The position numbers and the translations under genes were made by a program. Shown here piece after piece: positions 41,545 to 51,965 of a DNA stretch of 64,000 nt (position 1 is its first letter; each line of letters begins with the position of its first letter). The notes beneath the pieces are model-generated. The model did not search any database and was not told the origin of the DNA. It saw only the letters and a program-made list of their open reading frames with translations. The DNA comes from Lama guanicoe. Its lineage: Eukaryota. Where the stretch lies: assembly GCA_013239625.1 (NCBI GenBank), contig MU053557.1:1433063-1497062 (forward strand), in the 5' to 3' direction.

Positions 41545-42108
41545 TGGAGAAAAGGGAACCCTCCTTCACTGCTGGTGGCAATGCAGTTAGGTGAAGCCAC
41601 TATGGAAAACAGTATGGAGATTCCTCAAAAGACTAGGAATAGACTTACCATATGTCCCAGGAATCCCACTCCTGGCCGTATATCCAGAATGAACCCTACT
41701 TCAGGATGACACCTGCACCCCAGTGTTCATAGCAGCACTATTTACAATAGCCAAGACATGGAAACAGCCTAAATGTCCATCAACAGGTGACTGGATAAAG
41801 AAGAGGTGGTATATTTATACAATGGAATACTACTCAGCCATAAAAACCGACAACATAATGCCATTTGCAGCAACATGGATGCTCCTGGAGAATGTCATTC
41901 TAAGTGAAGTAAGCCAGAAAGAGAAAGAAAAATACCATATGAGATCACTCATATGTGGAATCTAAAAACAAACAAACAAAGCATAAATACAAAACAGAAT
42001 AAATATATATATATATGTATGTATACGTATAATTGAAATATTGTGCTCTACACTGGAATTTGACACAACATTGTAAAATGATTATAAATCAATAAAAATA
42101 TTTTAAAA
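41545..42108 (+). mobile_element. 5'-truncated young L1 of the same subfamily as the intact element
   Basis: About 17 mismatches over ~420 bp (manual count) to 50656-51076. Perfect 17-bp TSD AATCTTCATACAGTCTG at 41528-41544 and 42109-42125. Confidence 0.96.
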
Positions 42109-42879
42109 AATCTTCATACAGTCTGGAGAGATTCATACATGTTCTCGTTACTGGGCCATGTCTCAAGACACCACCTGACTGGACCTGGCTAACCAGAACA
42201 TGGAAAATGAACTTGGAACCAGAGCTCTTGTCTCAAGAGGGGCAGTCCCTGGGTCATGGGGCATCAGGAAGTCCAACACAGAGTATTTGGACAGGTGGGT
42301 GGGTGGAACCTGTTGTCAGAGCAGGAACAGGAGTAAGCACGCCAGGCTGCGTGGGGAATTCTAACAGCTTGGCACTGTCGCTGGTCTCTAGACCAAGGTT
42401 TTGAAGCAAGACTTACATTCTTGGGAGGAGACTAGAAGGAAACCAAGGCAGAACTCCACCCAGAGGGACTAAGCTACTGGACAGGACCTCAGGACTAACA
42501 GTCAAGGAAGAATCCAGAGATCAGGTAATATAAACTGAAGCAAAAGGTAAGACCAGAATTCAGGGAGCAAGGCAGATGCCTAGTGATCAGCAGGGTTAGC
42601 CTCAAGGTGATTTGAATCTTAGGACCAGAATACTGGAAGAGAAGTGGAAGAACATCTCCTTCCTCAGGTGACACAACTGGAAGGGGGTAGATGTCTTTGT
42701 CAGAAAGAGAAGACATACAGACTTTGTGACCACAGCCTGATAAATGGGGGGAAAGAGAGAAAATGATGTCTTTTCTTATATTTTGCTGTTTATGGTTTTC
42801 AAAGCTAACTAATATGATATCATGTTTTTAGCTAGGAGGAGATTTCCACGGGACTGACCTAATTTAGCACTTTCTGAAG

Positions 42880-43040
42880 CAGACTATATATCAAACCACC
42901 TAGGGAGTTAGTTAAAAAATAAAGGTGTGCAGGAAGCAAACCAGAGCTATAATTAAGACTCTCAAAGAGCCCAGGAATATGTATTTGGAATGAGGTTCCC
43001 TGGTGATGCTTGCACACGACTAGAAGTGGGAGCTGTTCTC
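42880..43040. mobile_element. MER5-like hAT remnant
   Basis: ACCACCTAGGGAG...GCCCAGGAATATGTATTT...TTCCCTGGTGATGCTTGCACAC. Confidence 0.6.
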
Positions 43041-44240
43041 TAACATACTAGAAACAGTTACATAAAACTTACAAGGGATGGAAATTTTCCAAACATTGGA
43101 AACACCACTCTCACGTGATCTATGCGTCTTCCATACCATGGGGTCTGAAATAGTTCACATTTACCTATGTCTTCTCCTACCTACCTCCCTCTCTATCATA
43201 CATACACTGTCCTTTAAAGTAAATTTCTCACTTAATCTTCTCTGCAATGATCTGTTAAATATTTGAACTCAGTTGTTCAAGTGATTATTTGAAATTTGCA
43301 TCTGGTATTTAAGATCCCGAACTGAATAAATACCGTACTGTTAATCAAACAAATTCATTGTGAAAATGTAAAAACATGCTCAGTATTAATTTCAGTAACT
43401 ATATCAGGCACTCACCAACAAACAAACACCCAGTGTAAGTCAATCACCTGATACAAAGTCCCTAAAAGTTCACAATCAAATAAATCGAAACCCCAGCAAT
43501 GATAGATTCTTGTAATTATCTTTATCAAGTTAACGTCTGTGTATAATTACCCACAATATAAGATTATGTGAAAACAGTGAGCTCTGGGACTGATGCCCAA
43601 AACAACAAGCGCTTTATCTTGTAAATTAATAACAACAATTTGCACTTTACAGACTTTTTCATCCACTGGTCTCATTGCAAAGATGAAGTAATTTAATTGT
43701 AACGTAACTTCCTCGAACAAAAGCATCGTCCTCGAGATCAAAAAACGCATTTAATTTACTGTCATGATGAAAATCTATTTTTTGTACAGTTTCTTTGAAT
43801 ATGTGTCTTTCAATTATAACACCGGTTCTCCACTACATTAAAGAATTAAAGGAAAAAAGTCTTTGGAGGAAAATGTATTTCAAAATTTTAAATTGATGCC
43901 TGTTTGGACGTAGGACTATAAGCCAAGCCTCTTCACTTCAAGACAAAGGTTCTGTCCACAGTATCAGCCAGGTAATGAGAACGATGAAACGGATATTGCA
44001 GAGAACACAGAAGCCACATGTACTGTATGGGACTAAGAACTCCTCATCTCCACTCACCTAGCTCCCCACTCCCAGTGTCCCTTCAGGCCCACAGAGAAGT
44101 CACTACTCAAAAACATCCTCTTCTCAATCTTTCCTGATTATTAAGGACTGGGTCCCAATCTTGGTATTTGACCTACTTCTTTCCCTTAAGACCATGAAGG
44201 TTATTTAAAATAATATTATGTGATACAACATTGTAAAATG

Positions 44241-45978
44241 GGGAGAAGAGGCAAGATGGCGGAGTAGAAGGACGCTTGTAAGTCACTCTCTCCCACAAAT
44301 ACACCAAGACCCACATCTACAGACCCACTCAGCCAACCAGAGCACCTGCGGAACTCCGACAGATCATCGCCCTCTTCAAAAGATAAAGACGCCAAAAATC
44401 TGGTAGGAGAAAAGGAAAAAAGAAAGAACAAAAGGCAAAGCAGCGCAGGACGGGTCCCGCGGGGAGGGAGCGGCAAAGGAGGACTGGGGCTCGCTCGCTG
44501 GGTCTCCCCTCTCCAACTGAGAGGCCAGCGGGATGGAGGAGGAGTCTCTGAGGCTTGGATCTGTACGGCGCAGCCCTTGTCTGACAGAACTAAGTTAAAC
44601 GGGCACAGAGCGTCCCCCTGACACCCAGCCTGAGACGCGGGCCGGCATCGGCGGGCAGGGCCGGGCTGCACAAGCCGGGCAGAGGACGGGGGCGGCTGCA
44701 CGGAGGCAGCTCCAGGGGAATGCAAGAGGCTGGGCGCCGTGGCTATGGGTATACAGGGCAGAACAACCTGGGTCCTCCGTAAAACAGCAAGGTTGATGTG
44801 CTCTCGGGGGAAGGGTGCATACCCCCATCTCTGAAAACCCTCAGAAACTTTTCAGGGGAAGAGAGGCGGGGCCCAGGCACAGCCGCCATATTCTCCGGCG
44901 CTGAGCACCCAGGCGGGGGCGGGGGCGAAACCTGCATCCGCACCGAAGGGCTTAGCAGCCTCAAGGGCCAGACTGAGATGGGCCTACAGCCCGGGGCAGA
45001 TAGGATCCTTCCATCCTGGTCCCTCAGAGAACTTGCTCCACAAAGACAAACAAGGAGCTGGGTCTTGGCTCGGAGCAGGGATGAGGCTGCCCCTCGGTCT
45101 TCCCCTAGCCCACCCGTTGAGCGCGGCCAGGGCGGAGCTCACAGCCGCACAGAGCAGCGGAGCTACCAGCAGCGCAGGCAGAGGGAGAGTGACCCCCCGC
45201 CTGTCGGGCAGGAACACAACCCCTGACCGAGGTGCTGGGAGGCGGCACGACCCGCCCTTCTGCCTGGCCAGTCTGCAACATCTGACTGCGGCATCCGGAG
45301 GGGCAGTGACCCGCCCGCCCACAGCAGAGGAGAGCTGCATCTGACCCCGTGTTAGGAGGAGGCGCGATCTGCTTGCCGACAGGTGCTGGGAGCAGCACAG
45401 AAGAGGGCGCCAACGGAGGGCCTATGAAAACAAGCTGAGCTTCCAAAACAGGACGAAGACAGGACTTCACGTTAAAAGCACACAGACTCCAGGAGAACAC
45501 CGACAACCCCTTTTTTTGTTTTGTTTTGGTTTTGTTTTTTGTTTTTGTTTGGTTTTTTTTTGTTGTTGTTTTTTAAATCTGTTTTTACCTGTTCTATTTT
45601 CAATTACTCTCTTAATTTTTACTTCTTAATTCATTTCTATTTCTCTTGGGTTTTGATGTCCTGTTATTGATTAGACACAGGCTTCAAACACATATATTCA
45701 TCTCCCCACCCCCTTTTTTTTTTTAAAGGTTTTAAAAGGACGTCTCCACCCGATTAATACTCTGCTTCAACCCGCTCTTCTATTATTCATTATACACTGT
45801 TTTCAAACCCTCTTTCTCCCTTCTTTTAAAAATCTTTCTCTCTCTCTCTTATTTTTTTTTCTTTTTTCTTTTTTCTTTTTTTTCCTAAGTTCTATTCCTA
45901 AATAGGCATTAGATAGATAAAATCCTTAAGATCCAAAATAGACAACTGATACTCCATAAACCACAGTGCCAGAGAGGT
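44241..45978 (+). promoter_or_regulatory. L1 5'UTR internal Pol II promoter with CpG island
   Basis: YY1 core CAAGATGGCGG at ~44252-44262. CpG-dense, GC-rich stretch ~44241-45500 in an otherwise CpG-depleted window, followed by a T-rich block ~45510-45885. Confidence 0.85.
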
Positions 45979-46881
45979 ATGAGCAAGATGAAGAAGCAGA
46001 GAAACCTTTCCCAATTAAAAGAACAAGAGGAATCCCCTGAAAGAAAGCTCAATGAAATAGACATCGATAGCCTACTAGATCAAGATTTCAAAAAAGGAGT
46101 GATCAAATTGCTGAAGGAATTAAAAGAGATAGTGCTTAGAGAAATAAAATATGTCAAAAATGAAATTGAAGCTATAAAGAAGAGCCAAGCAAAATGGGAA
46201 AACTCATTGACAGAGATGAGGAATGATCTAACAGCTGTGCAAAGCCGACTAGTTAATGCAGAGGAACGAATTAGTGATCTAGAAGACAGGGCAACAGAAA
46301 GCACCCATTCAGAAGAACTACAAGATAAGCAAATAAAAAATAATGATAATAGCATAAGGGACCTATGGGATAATATAAAGCGTCCCAATCTTCGCATAAT
46401 AGGGGTCCCAGAAGGGGAAGAAGGATCAAAGGGGATTGAAAAGGTTTTTGAAGAAATCATGACTGAAAACTTCCCAAACTTAAAGAAGGAATCAGATATC
46501 CAAGTACAGGAAGCTCAGAGGGTCCCAAACAGGAAGAACCCAAATAGACCCACACCAAGACATATCATAATCAAGATGGCCAGAGTCAAGGATAAAGAAA
46601 TGATTCTAAAGGCAGCAAGAGAAAAGCAAAGAGTGAACTACAAGGGAACCCCCATAAGGCTCTCAGCTGATTTCTCTACACAAACACTACAGGCCAGAAG
46701 GGAGTGGCAAGATATATTCAAAGCCCTGAATGAAAAAAAGATGCAGCCTAGGATACTTTATCCAGCAAGGCTATCCTTTAGGATAGAAGGAGAAATAAAG
46801 AGTTTCACAGACAAAAAAAAGCTGCAGGAGTTTAGCAACACTAAACCCATGCTAAAAGAAATATTGAAAGGGCTATTCTAA
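45979..46881 (+). CDS. L1 ORF1p, RNA-binding nucleic-acid chaperone (300 aa)
   Basis: Uninterrupted ATG ORF with an N-terminal coiled coil, an RRM starting RPNLRIIGVPE, and TPRHIIIK, AREK, IRLSADFS, ARREW and YPARLSF motifs of mammalian L1 ORF1p. Confidence 0.97.
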   Translation: MSKMKKQRNLSQLKEQEESPERKLNEIDIDSLLDQDFKKGVIKLLKELKEIVLREIKYVKNEIEAIKKSQAKWENSLTEMRNDLTAVQSRLVNAEERISDLEDRATESTHSEELQDKQIKNNDNSIRDLWDNIKRPNLRIIGVPEGEEGSKGIEKVFEEIMTENFPNLKKESDIQVQEAQRVPNRKNPNRPTPRHIIIKMARVKDKEMILKAAREKQRVNYKGTPIRLSADFSTQTLQARREWQDIFKALNEKKMQPRILYPARLSFRIEGEIKSFTDKKKLQEFSNTKPMLKEILKGLF

Positions 46882-47278
46882 ATAGAAAAGCAGCAGGATG
46901 CTACAGAAATGAGAAACGTACAACTGGAAAGGTGATAACTCATGAATTACAAATAAAGAAAACACGAAATTATAAAAGAAGACATACAAATCACTGAGAG
47001 TGGGAGAGGGAGGCAGGGAAATATAGAATTTTTTTTCTTTCTTTTTTAAATTTTTTTAACAGTAGGATGGGTTTGAGATCATGTTATTATCAGTTTAATA
47101 AAAACGGGTATAGGTTAATAGATTTACAAAAAAGGGTAACCACAAGTCAAAAATTTACAAGGGAGTCACAAAAATTAAATAAAATCCATGATAATACAAA
47201 GGAAAATTACCAAACCACAAAAGGAAGAAGAAAGGAACAAAGAGGATATACCAATTCAACTGCAAAGATAAGTTCAAA

Positions 47279-50200
47279 ATGGCAATAAACACACATCTAT
47301 CATTAATTACTGTAAATGTTAATGGACTAAATGCTCCAGTCAAAAGACATAGAGTGGCAGACTGGATAATAAAGCAAGAACCTTCAATATGCTGCATACA
47401 AGAGACCCACTTTAGGGAGAAGGACACATATAGATTGAGAGTGAAAGGATGGAAAAGGATATTCCATGCAAATGGAAAAGCCAAAAAAGCAGGTGTTGCA
47501 GTACTGATTTCAGACAAAATAGACTTTAAAACAAAGGCCATAAAGAAAGATAAAGAAGGACATTTTATAATGATTAAAGGAGTGATACAAGATGAAGATA
47601 TTACACTCGTTAATATATATGCACCCAATATAGGAGCACCTAAGTACATACAAGAATTACTAACAGAGATAAAGGGGGATATTGATGGGAATACAATCAT
47701 AGTTGGAGATTTTAACACTGCATTAACATCACTAGACAGATCTTCCAGACAGAAAATAAACAAGGCAACAGAGAAATTAAATACTACAATAGAAAAACTA
47801 GATTTGGTGGATATTTTCAGAGCATTACACCCCCAAAAAATAGAATATACATTCTTTTCAAGTGCACATGGAACATTTTCCAGGATCGATCATGTACTTG
47901 GACACAAAAGAAACCTCAACAAATTTAAGAAGATAGAAATTATCTCAAGCATCTTTACTGACCACAATGCCATGAAACTGGAAATCAACAACAGAGAAAC
48001 AAAGGAGAAAAAAAGAAAAGCATGGAGATTAAACAATATGTTATTGAAAAAACAATGGATCAATGAGGAAATCAAAGCTGAAATTAAAAAATACCTTGAG
48101 ACAAATGATAATGAAAGCACAACCACTCAAAACCTATGGGACACAGCAAAGGCAGTGCTAAGAGGGAAGTTTATAGCGATACAGGCCTTCCTCAAAAAAG
48201 AAGAACAATCTCAAATAAACAAGTTAACCCACCACCTGAATCAATTAGAAAAAGAAGAACAAAAAGCCCCAAAAAGCAGCAGAAGGAAGGAAATAATAAA
48301 GATCAGAGAGGAATTAAATACAATAGAGATTAACAAGACCATAGAAAAAATCAACCAAACCAAAAGCTGGTTTTTTGAAAAAGTAAATAAAATCGACAAA
48401 CCTCTGGCCAAACTCACAAAGAAGAAAAAAGAGAGAGCACAAATTAGCAAAATAAGAAAGGAAAATGGAGAAATTACAACAAACAAAATAGAAATACAGA
48501 ATATCATACGAGAATATTATGAAAAACTATATGGAACCAAACTGGATAACCTAGAGGAGATGGACAAGTTTCTGGAAACATACTGTCCACCAAAACTGAA
48601 TCAAGAAGAAACTGAACACTTGAACAATCCGATCACTAGAAAGGAAATAGAAATAGCAATTAAAAACCTCCCTACAAATAAAAGTCCAGGACCGGATGGC
48701 TTCACCGGGGAATTCTACCAAACATACAAAGAAGAACTCATACCAGTCCTTCTCAAACTCTTCCAGACGATTGAAAAGGAGGGAATACTCCCAAACTCAT
48801 TCTATGAAGCCACCATCACCCTGATACCAAAACCAGGCAAAGACACTACAAAAAAAGAGAATTATAGGCCAATATCACTGATGAACATAGACGCCAAAAT
48901 CCTCACCAAAATTTTAGCAAATAGAATCCAACAACACATAAAAAAGATTATACATCATGACCAAGTGGGGTTCATCCCAGGGACACAAGGCTGGTTCAAC
49001 ATACGCAAATCAATCAATGTAATACATCACATCAACAAGAGAAAGGACAAAAACCACATGATCATCTCAATCGATGCAGAAAAAGCATTTGATAAAATTC
49101 AACACCCATTTATGATAAAAACTCTCGCCAAAGTGGGTATAGAGGGAACATATCTCAACATAATAAAAGCTATATATGACAAACCTATAGCCAGCATAGT
49201 TCTCAACGGTGAAAAACTCAAAAGCTTCCCACTAAAATCTGGGACAAGACAAGGATGCCCACTATCACCACTCCTATTCAATATAGTCCTGGAAGTCCTA
49301 GCCACAGCAATCAGGCAAGAGAAAGAAATAAAAGGGATCCAAATTGGAAAAGAAGAGGTAAAAGTGTCATTATATGCTGACGACATGTTACTATATATAG
49401 AAAACCCTAAAAGGTCCACAAAAAAGCTACTAGAGCTGATCGAAGAATTCAGCAAGGTAGCAGGTTACAAAATTAATGTTCAAAAATCAGTTGCCTTTCT
49501 TTACACTAACGATAAATCAACAGAAAAAGAAAGTAAAGAAACAATCCCCTTTAAAATAGCACCCAAAGTAATAAAATATCTGGGAATAAATCTAACCAAG
49601 GAGGTGAAAGAATTATACACAGAAAACTATAAACCATTGATGAAGGAAATTAAAGAAGACTTTAAAAAATGGAAAGATATTCCATGCTCTTGGATTGGAA
49701 GAATCAATATTGTTAAAATGGTCACACTGCCCAAGGCAATCTACAGATTTAATGCAATCCCTATCCAATTACCCAGGACATATTTCACAGAACTAGAACA
49801 AATCATAATAAAATTTATATGGAACCATCAAAGACCTAGAATTGCTAAAGCATTACTGAAGAGAAAGAAAGAGGCTGGAGGAATAACTCTCCCAGACTTC
49901 AGACAATACTATAGAGCTACAGTCATCAAGACAGCATGGTATTGGTACCAAAACAGACATATAGACCAATGGAACAGAATAGAGAGCCCAGAAATGAACC
50001 CACAAACTTTTGGTCAACTCATCTTCGACAAAGGAGGCAAGAATATACAATGGAATAAAGACAGTCTCTTCAGCAAATGGTGTTGGGAAAACTGGACAGC
50101 AGCATGTAAAACAATGAAGCTAGAACACACCCTTACACCATATACAAAAATCAACTCAAAATGGATTAAAGACTTAAACATAAGACAAGATACAATAAAC

Positions 50201-51076
50201 CTCCTAGAGGAAAACATAGGCAAAACATTATCTGACATACATTTCAAAAATTTTCTCCTAGAAGAAATAAAAGCAAGAATAAACAAATGGGACCTAATGA
50301 AACTTACAAGCTTCTGCAGAGCAAAGGAAACCAGAAATAAAACAAGAAGAAAACCTACGGAATGGGAGAAAATTTTTGCAAGTGAAACCGACAAAGGCTT
50401 GATCTCCAAAATATATAAGCAGCTCATACGACTCAATAAGAAAAAAATAAACAACCCAATCCAAAAATGGGCAGAAGACCTAAACAAGCAATTCTCCAAG
50501 GAAGACATACAAATGATCAAAAAGCACATGAAAAAATGTTCAATATCACTAATTATCAGAGAAATGCAAATCAAAACTACAATGAGGTATCACCTCACAC
50601 CAGTCAGAATGGCCGTCATTCAAAAATCCAAAAATGACAAATGCTGGAGAGGCTGTGGAGAAAGGGGAACCCTCCTACACTGCTGGTGGGAATGCAGTTT
50701 GGTGCAGCCACTATGGAAAACAGTGTGGAGATTCCTCAAAAGACTAGGAATAGACTTACCATATGACCCAGGAATCCCACTCCTGGGCTTGTATCCAGAA
50801 GGAAATCTACTTCAGGATGACACCTGCACCCCAATGTTCATAGCAGCACTATTTACAATAGCCAAAACATGGAAACAGCCTAAATGTCCATCAACAGGTG
50901 ACTGGATAAAGAAGAGGTGGTATATTTATACAATGGAATACTACTCAGCCATAAAAACCGACAACATAATGCCATTTGCAGCAACATGGATGCTCCTAGA
51001 GAATGTCATTCTAAGTGAAGTAAGCCAGAAAGAGAAAGAAAAATACCATATGAGATCGCTCATATGTGGAATCTAA
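47279..51076 (+). CDS. L1 ORF2p, endonuclease/reverse transcriptase (1265 aa)
   Basis: Uninterrupted ORF. APE endonuclease motifs NVNGLN, IQETH, IYAPN, GDFN, RIDH and TDH; PIP box QNIIREYY; Z motif [14 protein letters not shown] motifs QGCPLSP and YADD; C-terminal CX3CX7HX4C ([18 protein letters not shown]). Confidence 0.98.
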   Translation: MAINTHLSLITVNVNGLNAPVKRHRVADWIIKQEPSICCIQETHFREKDTYRLRVKGWKRIFHANGKAKKAGVAVLISDKIDFKTKAIKKDKEGHFIMIKGVIQDEDITLVNIYAPNIGAPKYIQELLTEIKGDIDGNTIIVGDFNTALTSLDRSSRQKINKATEKLNTTIEKLDLVDIFRALHPQKIEYTFFSSAHGTFSRIDHVLGHKRNLNKFKKIEIISSIFTDHNAMKLEINNRETKEKKRKAWRLNNMLLKKQWINEEIKAEIKKYLETNDNESTTTQNLWDTAKAVLRGKFIAIQAFLKKEEQSQINKLTHHLNQLEKEEQKAPKSSRRKEIIKIREELNTIEINKTIEKINQTKSWFFEKVNKIDKPLAKLTKKKKERAQISKIRKENGEITTNKIEIQNIIREYYEKLYGTKLDNLEEMDKFLETYCPPKLNQEETEHLNNPITRKEIEIAIKNLPTNKSPGPDGFTGEFYQTYKEELIPVLLKLFQTIEKEGILPNSFYEATITLIPKPGKDTTKKENYRPISLMNIDAKILTKILANRIQQHIKKIIHHDQVGFIPGTQGWFNIRKSINVIHHINKRKDKNHMIISIDAEKAFDKIQHPFMIKTLAKVGIEGTYLNIIKAIYDKPIASIVLNGEKLKSFPLKSGTRQGCPLSPLLFNIVLEVLATAIRQEKEIKGIQIGKEEVKVSLYADDMLLYIENPKRSTKKLLELIEEFSKVAGYKINVQKSVAFLYTNDKSTEKESKETIPFKIAPKVIKYLGINLTKEVKELYTENYKPLMKEIKEDFKKWKDIPCSWIGRINIVKMVTLPKAIYRFNAIPIQLPRTYFTELEQIIIKFIWNHQRPRIAKALLKRKKEAGGITLPDFRQYYRATVIKTAWYWYQNRHIDQWNRIESPEMNPQTFGQLIFDKGGKNIQWNKDSLFSKWCWENWTAACKTMKLEHTLTPYTKINSKWIKDLNIRQDTINLLEENIGKTLSDIHFKNFLLEEIKARINKWDLMKLTSFCRAKETRNKTRRKPTEWEKIFASETDKGLISKIYKQLIRLNKKKINNPIQKWAEDLNKQFSKEDIQMIKKHMKKCSISLIIREMQIKTTMRYHLTPVRMAVIQKSKNDKCWRGCGERGTLLHCWWECSLVQPLWKTVWRFLKRLGIDLPYDPGIPLLGLYPEGNLLQDDTCTPMFIAALFTIAKTWKQPKCPSTGDWIKKRWYIYTMEYYSAIKTDNIMPFAATWMLLENVILSEVSQKEKEKYHMRSLICGI

Positions 51077-51589
51077 AAAACAAAAACAAACAAACAAACA
51101 AAAACAAAGCATAAATACAGGACAGAAATAGACTCATGGACAGAGAATACAGACTTGTGGTTACCAGGGGGGTAGAGGGTGGGAAGGGATAGACTGGGAT
51201 TTCAAAATTGTAGAATAGATAAACAAGATTACACTGTATAGCACAGGGAAATATACACAAAATGTTATGATAAATCACAGAGAAAAAAATGTGACAATGA
51301 GTGTGTATATGTCCATGAATGACTGAAAAATTGTGCTGAACACTGGAATTTGACATTGTAAAATGATTATAAATCAATAAAAAAAATGTTAAAAAAATTT
51401 AAAATGACTATAACTCAATAAAAAAGTTATAAAAAGATAAACTGATACAAAAATGTGATGAATTTTTAAAATAATAAAATAATATTATGTATCAATACAT
51501 TTGCAAGAGAAGACATATGTTGTTTAACCTAAAGAATTCTTACTAGAGCAAGAATACTATAGCCATCCACTAAAAATAAGGAAGGCTTC

Positions 51590-51965
51590 ACCTGTTGTTT
51601 CACAAGACCAACTGCATCCAAGATATCAGCGTTGGAATCATCTGAAAGCTTAAATGGAGCCAATGGCTCCACTTCCAAGATGGTGCACTCGTACGGCTGT
51701 TGGTTGCAAGCCTCAGTTCCTTATTACAAGGATCTCTTCATACATCAGTTGAATGTCTTTGTGACATTGTAAGAAGCTTCCCCCAGAAAGAAGGCGAGGA
51801 GGAAACGGCCATACCTTACATATCCTAACATCAGACATCACACATCTTCACTTCCTCCACATTATAGTTGTTAGGAGCAAGTCAGTAACTACAACCCACA
51901 CTTAAAGAGAAGGGGAATTATGATCTACCTTTTGAAGGGAAGAGTCTCAAAGAGTTTGTTGACAT
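51590..51965 (-). mobile_element. MLT1 MaLR LTR fragment
   Basis: CATCTGAAAGCTT...CACTTCCAAGATGGTGCACTC...GCCTCAGTTCCT...CAACCCACACTTAAAGAGAAGGGGAATTA. Confidence 0.75.

Larger units (their letters stand above)
44241..51399 (+). mobile_element. Full-length young LINE-1 (L1) retrotransposon, both ORFs intact
   Basis: Begins GGGAGAAGAGGCAAGATGGCGG, a typical L1 5' end with a YY1 motif. It continues with a GC/CpG-rich 5'UTR, open ORF1 and ORF2, and a 3'UTR with a G-rich tract, AATAAA and a short A-rich tail. Flanked by the direct repeat TAAAATG (44234-44240 and 51400-51406). Confidence 0.98.

Noticed and set aside
43760..43850. ATGATGA C-box-like motif suggesting a C/D snoRNA
   Set aside because: No CTGA D box or terminal stem at a suitable distance.
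44216..44725. 169-aa antisense ORF running out of the L1 5' end
   Set aside because: Starts at TTG rather than ATG, lies in GC-rich stop-poor DNA, and ends in flanking sequence.
46080..51377. Long hydrophobic minus-strand ORFs (46080-46460, 47155-47763, 49099-49455, 50014-50574, 51060-51377)
   Set aside because: Antisense shadows of A-rich L1 sequence, a well-known source of spurious 'membrane protein' predictions.
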